From an uncultured delta proteobacterium (GTDB lineage Bacteria > Desulfobacterota > Binatia > Binatales > Binataceae), in the NCBI GenBank assembly GCA_963808235.1, contig CAWEEQ010000004.1, positions 1,056,001-1,120,000 on the forward strand: a DNA stretch of 64,000 nt, read 5' to 3'. The translations under genes were made by a program, and so were the position numbers. This document shows, in pieces, positions 57,533 through 64,000 of the stretch. The stretch's first letter is position 1. Every line of letters begins with the position of its first letter. A model generated the notes under the pieces. It made no database searches, was not told where the DNA came from, and saw only the letters and a program-made list of their open reading frames with translations.

Positions 57533-58111
57533 TCACACTCTGGTTGCGAGAAAGAGCGCCGCGCCGCTCAGGCCGACTACTATTGAGGCGTACCAGACCG
57601 GGCGCACCCGGGTGAGTGCTGCCACCGCGCCCAGAGCGATAGCGACCTGGAACAGGGCAACGCTGTTGGCAAATCGGTGATGCTGATGCATCAGATGGTC
57701 GGCTTCGTCTGACTTCTTGTCGCGCTCAGCTTCCTTTTCGCGCGCGACCCGCTCGAGTGCAACCTGCTCGCGCGCGTAGCGCTGGCGCTCGTCTGCAAAT
57801 GACGAGGGCGGCTGCTTGCCAAGCGCGATCCATGACGACTCCGATGCTTGCTGGATCGCGGATTTGATCCCCTTTGCCTGGTAAGCCGCCCAATTGTCGG
57901 AGGCCTCGGCCTGCAGCCGGGTTGCCTCGGTCTTCATTACCAGCGCCTCGTTCACGGTGCTGCCCGCGCGCAAGGCCGCGACAGCCGCAAACGCTGCGAA
58001 GAGTGCGGTACTGAGCGCGATCGCCTTCAGTAGCGAGCCACCCCGGCGTTCGAGTTCCTCGTGAATGTTTTCATCGAGTTTGTCGGTCTCGATTTCTGGT
58101 GTCTCGGGCAC
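57533..58111 (-). CDS. DUF4337-like membrane protein
   Basis: ASDNWAAYQAKGIK, HHRF..LFQVAIALGAVAALT. Confidence 0.8.
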   Translation of the reverse strand: MPETPEIETDKLDENIHEELERRGGSLLKAIALSTALFAAFAAVAALRAGSTVNEALVMKTEATRLQAEASDNWAAYQAKGIKSAIQQASESSWIALGKQPPSSFADERQRYAREQVALERVAREKEAERDKKSDEADHLMHQHHRFANSVALFQVAIALGAVAALTRVRPVWYASIVVGLSGAALFLATRV

Positions 58112-58239
58112 GGATGCACCTCCTGAGTGTCTAACTGGGCTGACCGCATCGCACTTCTGAGCGTAGGCCCGCGGTGCGCGCGCCCGCGGCTTCGAGCTGC
58201 TTTCACCTATTCAGATATCGAAACATCTGCACGTCCGGC

Positions 58240-58800
58240 CTATTGCAGCGCGCTCGTGAAACAGTTCTGCCGGGCAGTGTTCTGTTTGTTGCCGTTGAAC
58301 ATAATCGATCCGAACGAGACGCTTATCGGCTCGTTTTTCTTGAGGCAATCCTTGTACTTGGCGAACGCCTGTTCGTTCGTGGTGCCAGCCGGTAACGCCA
58401 GGTGGTTCACTTGGATTGTCTGCTTGAAGCAGTCCTGCTGGCTCGCCTCCAGCTTCGTCACATCCCAAACAGGGAGCGGAGGAATGCCGTGAATGCAGAC
58501 ATCGTAGGCGTCGAATGGCGGGTTCATCGGAGGCGCCGAGCCTGGACCTACCGGAGTGCCCACCGGACCAGATAGAAGGCAAGCTTCAATCAGGAGTGAC
58601 AAGGTGATGGCCGGAAAGGTTCGGTAAAGGTCCAGGCGCTGCAAGCGACGCCACGGCTGATCATGGTCCAGGCGCTGGAACAAGCGTCGGAGTGGCGCTG
58701 GGATGGCGCTCATATTGCGCTGGATTCTAGGCTGGCAGAGCGTCAAAAAGAAAACGCCCCGCGATTCGATATCGTGGGGCGTCGGAAAATTTCCGCGCAT
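58240..58800 (-). CDS. Hypothetical exported protein; start uncertain
   Basis: The C-terminal ~120 aa look protein-like with spaced Cys; the N-terminal part is doubtful. Confidence 0.4.
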   Translation of the reverse strand: MRGNFPTPHDIESRGVFFLTLCQPRIQRNMSAIPAPLRRLFQRLDHDQPWRRLQRLDLYRTFPAITLSLLIEACLLSGPVGTPVGPGSAPPMNPPFDAYDVCIHGIPPLPVWDVTKLEASQQDCFKQTIQVNHLALPAGTTNEQAFAKYKDCLKKNEPISVSFGSIMFNGNKQNTARQNCFTSALQ

Positions 58801-58860
58801 GCGAGGTCCGCCTCGTTGCGGACGTTCAGCAGCTCGGCATATCGGTTCGATCCGCTGCTC

Positions 58861-59301
58861 TTAGTGTTTGTCCCCACCTCCGTGACTTTCTCCGCCTGCT
58901 GCGTGATTGTCCCCGCCTGCGTGACCGCGACCATCGCGCATTTCGTTTCCTTTGAAGTTGGCCACCTTATCAGGACGCTTTTCCGGCTCAGGCTTTTCGC
59001 CGCGCTTTGGCATTGGGCCCTTATAGCCGGCATGAGGATCGTAATGGTTATCTACGTGGCCTCGGAATTCGGGATGGCCATGAAACCACGGGCCGGCGCC
59101 GACGAACACACCATCAGTAAACCATTCCGGGCCGTAGTAGCCGTAGGGAGCGCAATCGTAAGGAGCGACGTCGTAGTAGCCATAAGGGCATTCGGGGGGT
59201 TCCCCGATGTTGATGGTGACCTGAGCCTTGGCTTCAGGAGCGGTCGCCAGGAAGCAGATTCCGGCCACAGCAAGTATCGCAAGAAATTTGAACCGGTTCA
59301 T
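58861..59301 (-). CDS. Secreted Pro/Tyr/Gly-rich protein
   Basis: AKA-Q signal; CPYGYY..CAPYGYYGPEWF..GAGPWFHG. Confidence 0.8.
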   Translation of the reverse strand: MNRFKFLAILAVAGICFLATAPEAKAQVTINIGEPPECPYGYYDVAPYDCAPYGYYGPEWFTDGVFVGAGPWFHGHPEFRGHVDNHYDPHAGYKGPMPKRGEKPEPEKRPDKVANFKGNEMRDGRGHAGGDNHAAGGESHGGGDKH

Positions 59302-59483
59302 AGACTATCCCTCTATCATTTACGGACGTTGTCGATTGCGTGATTGACCGTACGGAACACATACGGTGTTAAGTACGTGACCATAATACTGTACTACGGT
59401 GCATCGGGGCAAAGACGACGCAGCTTGCTTTCACTACGGCTCTTGGAGTCATCGTGGTAGTGGAATAAATCACGACGAATACT

Positions 59484-60527
59484 ATGAGCATCACGACCGA
59501 CACATATCGCTACGAAGAGATCTATCCATCGTTCAAGGCTGCGACCGACGAAAAGGAAAAGACCGCGCGCATCAATGCGGCGTTTCTGAATACTCTCGCC
59601 AACGAGCGCATCGTGCTGACCGGTAGCGAGGCTATCTCAGTTGCCGATATCGGATGCGGCCCGTGCGATACCCTGGTCAAGTATTTGACCGGGGTGAATT
59701 TCGGGCCGGGATTCAGGATTCGCGCAACTGACTACAGCCTCGAGTATGCAGACGAACGCACGGGCGAGGCGCTCAAGACTCTCGCCGACGCGCAAGCATC
59801 GGGAACGCTTCGGCTGGCCGATTTTTCAGCGCATGCGGGCGACTCATTCGCGGGGCATCTGCTCGACTTGCTGGGACGGCGTGGAACATCGGCCCGCGCG
59901 CGCGAATTTCGAATCGTCTTTGCCTCGCATGTCCTTTACCACTGCGAGACTCCGGGCAGTGCCGAGCGCCTGATCGAGGACGTGACGCAAAATGTCCTCG
60001 CCGACGACGGCATTTGCATCCTGTACCATCTTGCCAAAGTGCCATCGAGCTTCCAGGATTTTCGCGCACGCTACGGCAGCAACTCCGCCGCCGCGGCGCA
60101 CAGCAATACGCCGGCTGTCGCGATCGACGATCCTCCGGCGAAGGTCGTCGAAGTTTGCGCCGCGCGTGGAATCCCATGCCTGGTCATGAACTTCACTGCC
60201 GATCTGCGGTTCGCCATACCAGACGCGAAGATTTGGAGTTTCTTTCGCGATCCTGAAAGGTACGCGCAGCTTTGCACGCTTCATCCCGAGGCGGCGGAAG
60301 ATCTGAAACGACTGATGTTCATAACGCAGCGGGCCCCGAATGAGTTTGCCGCGGATCGTTCGCAGACTGGACTTTCCGCGTATCTCGACGAGATCGGCGA
60401 AGTTCTGAAACGCGGCGGCGGTATTTTGAGACTGGCCGAGTCGATGCAGGTGATCTATCGGCCCCGCGCAGCCGCAGACTTCGGCAAGCGTATCGAAGCC
60501 GTACTAGCCGCTACCCGGCACGGATAG
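59484..60527 (+). CDS. Class I SAM-dependent methyltransferase
   Basis: VADIGCGP, TD and FASHVLYH motifs. Confidence 0.75.
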   Translation: MSITTDTYRYEEIYPSFKAATDEKEKTARINAAFLNTLANERIVLTGSEAISVADIGCGPCDTLVKYLTGVNFGPGFRIRATDYSLEYADERTGEALKTLADAQASGTLRLADFSAHAGDSFAGHLLDLLGRRGTSARAREFRIVFASHVLYHCETPGSAERLIEDVTQNVLADDGICILYHLAKVPSSFQDFRARYGSNSAAAAHSNTPAVAIDDPPAKVVEVCAARGIPCLVMNFTADLRFAIPDAKIWSFFRDPERYAQLCTLHPEAAEDLKRLMFITQRAPNEFAADRSQTGLSAYLDEIGEVLKRGGGILRLAESMQVIYRPRAAADFGKRIEAVLAATRHG

Positions 60528-62014
60528 TGAGAGCCGCCGCGCTCGTTTTTTTTCTCGCCTGTGCATTCGCGTTCGTACTTCCGGCGCGTGCCTTCGCGCA
60601 GCTATCGATTCCCGGCAAGATGCTGACCTACCGAACCGTGGACCTCGATTCGAAAGAGGAATTGCATCGGTCGCGGAACTGGCAGGTGTCCGATGGGCGG
60701 ATTGAGTCGGAGCTGAACGCGACCAGCTATCCGGCCGGGACTCAAGTCTTGAGCGAGTGCGCGTTTGCCAACGGGTTCGCGCATCCGGCAACGTCCTATC
60801 GATCGATCATGATGAGCCGCGGCGGCGAGCTGGAACGCTCCGACTTCGACACCTTCGATCCGAAGTACTATCCGTTTCTCGCATCGTCGATTGCAGCCGA
60901 CATGCAACCCGGAGCGTGCGTCGCCAGGAGTGCGCTCAAATTGCCGGCGCTGGTGCGCGGCGGTGAAACCTCTACCTGGCTATGGTCCGACTCTGGATTG
61001 ATCGGGGTGATTTTGCGTCCGGAAGAAAACGAGGAGGTGACGGTGCCGGCCGGGAGCTTCGATGCGCTCCGGGTGCGTATCGACGTTGACCTGAGCAAAC
61101 TTTTTCCGCACGTGCCGGCGCTGTTCCTGAGCGTGATCAAGCCGCACTTCACAATCTGGATCGGGCGCGCGGAGCCGTACTACCTGCTCAAGATGGTGGG
61201 ATTTGGCGAGCGCGCCAGCAAGCTGCACAAGAACACGGCGATCGAGCTGGTAGCGATTGGCGACCTGAATCCGAATGAGTCGCGCATCCCTGCGGAGCTC
61301 GCGGATACAGATGCTACCGGTCCGCAGCCGCGTCTCGTCACGGTCAACTCGGGTAGTTGGGCGCAGGGAAATCGTGCCGGCCATGTGACGCTGTCGACCT
61401 CGCCAACGCCCACCGGCGAGCTGCTGGTCACTCACGTCGCGTTCAGCAATGGGCTCGCGACCGAGAGCCGCACGCTGGTCGATCGTCGCGCGTCGCCCGC
61501 GACGGTTTACCTGGACGATCGCAGTTTCGCGACCGGCGGCGCGATCGTTCGCAAACACGTGCTGTTCTTTCGCAAGGCCGCTTTCCCCGACGATCCGGAA
61601 AAAGATCTTCCCGCCGATTTGTATGGAGCGGATACGACGCTCGGCGTGCTGCTGCCGCGCCTGCTTCCCGAGGGAAGCGACGAGGCCACTTTTCACGTGA
61701 TGGATTTTTCAGGTGAGGTGAACCAGCTTACCATTCATCGCGAGGGCCTGATGACGGTCGCACTCGGTGCTGACGACGCGCGCGCGATTTACGCGAAGCT
61801 CGAGCCGATCGTCGATATTCCTCTTCTCCTGCGGCCGCTCGCGTATTTCTTCACGCCTTCGTTCGACGCATACTTCGACGCCGATTCGCCGCATCGCGTG
61901 CTCAAGTTCGTGGGACCGCTCGGCCCGCCGGGAGCGCCGAACGCGACGATGCTCGCCGATGAAAAGGTATCCACTTCGGGCGCAGGCCAGTCGCCGGCTT
62001 CCACGCGCCGTTAG
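60527..62014 (+). CDS. Secreted two-domain DUF3108-like protein
   Basis: AFA signal; EEVTVPAGSFDALRV; two related halves ending PYYLLKM / PHRVLKF. Confidence 0.65.
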   Translation: MRAAALVFFLACAFAFVLPARAFAQLSIPGKMLTYRTVDLDSKEELHRSRNWQVSDGRIESELNATSYPAGTQVLSECAFANGFAHPATSYRSIMMSRGGELERSDFDTFDPKYYPFLASSIAADMQPGACVARSALKLPALVRGGETSTWLWSDSGLIGVILRPEENEEVTVPAGSFDALRVRIDVDLSKLFPHVPALFLSVIKPHFTIWIGRAEPYYLLKMVGFGERASKLHKNTAIELVAIGDLNPNESRIPAELADTDATGPQPRLVTVNSGSWAQGNRAGHVTLSTSPTPTGELLVTHVAFSNGLATESRTLVDRRASPATVYLDDRSFATGGAIVRKHVLFFRKAAFPDDPEKDLPADLYGADTTLGVLLPRLLPEGSDEATFHVMDFSGEVNQLTIHREGLMTVALGADDARAIYAKLEPIVDIPLLLRPLAYFFTPSFDAYFDADSPHRVLKFVGPLGPPGAPNATMLADEKVSTSGAGQSPASTRR

Positions 62015-62067
62015 GATCTTCGCGAAAATAATTGGTGACAGAGTGCCTGCAAAGAAAGTGAAAAACG

Positions 62068-63711
62068 TCAGAGCTTCTTCGTCAAGCTCGCGACGACGGT
62101 TACCAGCTCGATCGGTTCAATCGGTTTCGGCACATGCATCTGGTAGCCGGTTGACAGTATCTTGAGACGATCCTGTGTGCGCGCATACGCGGTCAGGGCG
62201 ATCGCGGGAATCTGGCCGCGTTTTTCCGCCGGCAGTGCGCGCAGCTGGCGGATCAGATCGTAGCCGTCCTGGCCCGGCATCCCGATATCCGAAATCAATA
62301 CGTCGGGTTTCCATCGATCGATCAGGTCGAGCGCCTGGGTGACCCCTGCCGCCGATGCCACCTCCGCTCCTGCTTCGAGCAGGATCGCAGAGATGACCTC
62401 CCGCGCATCGATCTCATCGTCAACGACCAGGATTCGCAAACCGTCCAGCGAAGGCGAAGTCATCGCCGCGAGGCTTCCTCCCGCGCTCGGATGAACCCTG
62501 GACTCGTCGCTCGGGCCGCTCGATTGAGTCGAAATCAGTATCGGCAGCTGGATGGTGAATTCCGCACCCTTTCCCTCTCCCTCGCTGCGCGCGCCGACCA
62601 CTCCGCCATGAAGCTCGACCAGGTGGCGCACGATCGCCAGGCCGAGGCCAAGTCCGCCGTACTCACGGGTGGTGGTGCTGTCGGCCTGGCGAAAACGTTC
62701 GAAAATGAATGGCCGCACTTTAGGATCGATTCCCTTGCCCGTGTCGGAGACGACAATTTCGACGTGAGAGTTGACTTGCTGCAAGCGGATCTGAACTTTA
62801 CCGCCGCTCGGAGTGAACTTGACGGCGTTGGAGAGGAGATTCCAGAAAACCTGCTGCAGACGGTCGGGATCGCCAACCACGGGTCCTGCCCGAGGATCGA
62901 GGAAAGACTGGACACTAATGGATTTTGCGGCGGCGCTGGGCCGCACCACTTCAATTGCCGCCTCGATCACGGAAGTGAGCTGAAACGGCCTGATGTTGAG
63001 GCGAAGTTGCCCGGAAACAATCCGCGAGACGTCGAGCAGGTCCGCGATAAGCTGGGTCTGCGTCTGCGCATTGCGCAGGATCGTCTCGACCGCACGCGCC
63101 GTCTGATCGTCGAGCTTGCGCATCTTGAGCAGCGAAGCCCATCCGGTGATCGCGTTCAGTGGAGTGCGCAGCTCGTGCGATACAACGGCGAGGAACTCGT
63201 CCTTAAGGCGGTTAGCCTCTTCGGCCTGTTCACGCGCGGCTTTCTCGGAGGCGAGCAGTCGATCGCGTTCCTGTTCGGCCGCCTTGCGGTCGGTTATATT
63301 GCGCGCGATCTTGGACGCCCCAACAATCGTTCCGGTCTGATCCTTAACTGGAGAGACGGTGAGCGACATATTCAGCAAGCGGCCGTCCTTGGCGCGCCGC
63401 ACCGTTTCAAAATGTTCGACCCGCTGACCGCTACGGATTCGCGCGAGGACCTCGTTTTCTTCGGCCCATCGGTCCGGCGGGATGATCAGCGTGATGTGCT
63501 TGCCGACTGCTTCGGCCTCCGTGTAGCCGAATATCCGCTCGGCGGCGGGATTCCAGGAGGTGATTACGCCGTCGAGGGTTTTGCTGACAATGACGTCGTC
63601 GGAAGATGCGATAATGGCGGCCAGATGCGCCGCCACGTCCAGCGGTCGGTTGGGGTCCCTGGGCTTGTTCGGGTCGCTCAACGGCACTCCTGCGCGGGCA
63701 TGATTTCGCAA
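62068..63711 (-). CDS. Hybrid sensor kinase PAS-HisKA-HATPase-REC
   Basis: SHELRTPL, NLLSNAVKF, DTGKG, GLGLGL, LVVDD, SDIGMP, KP. Confidence 0.95.
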   Translation of the reverse strand: MRNHARAGVPLSDPNKPRDPNRPLDVAAHLAAIIASSDDVIVSKTLDGVITSWNPAAERIFGYTEAEAVGKHITLIIPPDRWAEENEVLARIRSGQRVEHFETVRRAKDGRLLNMSLTVSPVKDQTGTIVGASKIARNITDRKAAEQERDRLLASEKAAREQAEEANRLKDEFLAVVSHELRTPLNAITGWASLLKMRKLDDQTARAVETILRNAQTQTQLIADLLDVSRIVSGQLRLNIRPFQLTSVIEAAIEVVRPSAAAKSISVQSFLDPRAGPVVGDPDRLQQVFWNLLSNAVKFTPSGGKVQIRLQQVNSHVEIVVSDTGKGIDPKVRPFIFERFRQADSTTTREYGGLGLGLAIVRHLVELHGGVVGARSEGEGKGAEFTIQLPILISTQSSGPSDESRVHPSAGGSLAAMTSPSLDGLRILVVDDEIDAREVISAILLEAGAEVASAAGVTQALDLIDRWKPDVLISDIGMPGQDGYDLIRQLRALPAEKRGQIPAIALTAYARTQDRLKILSTGYQMHVPKPIEPIELVTVVASLTKKL

Positions 63712-63939
63712 GCAAACTGGTTGCCAAGACGGTTCGACCGAAATCCTCAGCGAAAATCGCTCGTTAGACGCGGGATAAACGATCCCTACAGAGATGCACT
63801 TTGTGAAAATCGGTAATTCGGTAATATCGTCAGGCCACAGCCGACAGTGGTGCCGATTTCAAAGATTGTGTAATTTTTGCTGTCGCCGACAGTCAGGATC
63901 GGCCGCTCTCGCGACTAGATCGCCGCGATCGGGGAATTA

Positions 63940-64000
63940 ATGGACCTCTTCGAACGCCACCACGAGGCATTGCTGCCGCGCCGCCTGTTCCTATGGCGCA
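63940..64000 (+). CDS. Start of a gene truncated by the window edge
   Basis: GGGGA RBS, then MDLFERHHEALLPRRLFLWR, open to the end. Confidence 0.5.
   Translation, partial: MDLFERHHEALLPRRLFLWR

Overview
This is a GC-rich bacterial chromosome segment. Gene content and repeat style suggest a soil deltaproteobacteria-like lineage such as Ca. Binataceae (inference only). The core is a dcw cluster (mraZ-rsmH-ftsL-ftsI-murE-mraY-murD-ftsW-murG-murC-murB-ftsQ-like-ftsA-ftsZ) that lacks murF and ddl. Other housekeeping genes include pckG, mrp, an ABC exporter pair, panE and tRNA-Glu(TTC). The accessory parts are: (1) a relE/parE toxin-antitoxin (TA) pair whose 3' end is duplicated around a membrane-protein gene, followed by an orphan BrxC/DUF6079-like P-loop protein; (2) a TetR-headed operon of three ferritin-like proteins and two small paralogous proteins, a candidate multi-subunit diiron enzyme; (3) a complete 3350-bp IS1595-family transposon with 24-bp TIRs and an 8-bp TSD, inserted in a REP-like repeat and carrying an uncharacterised two-gene cargo; (4) an integrase-free island after tRNA-Glu, punctuated by a recurring ~25-30 bp motif. 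Several essential genes carry single frameshifts, which most likely reflect assembly indels. Family names are recognised from motifs, not from database searches.
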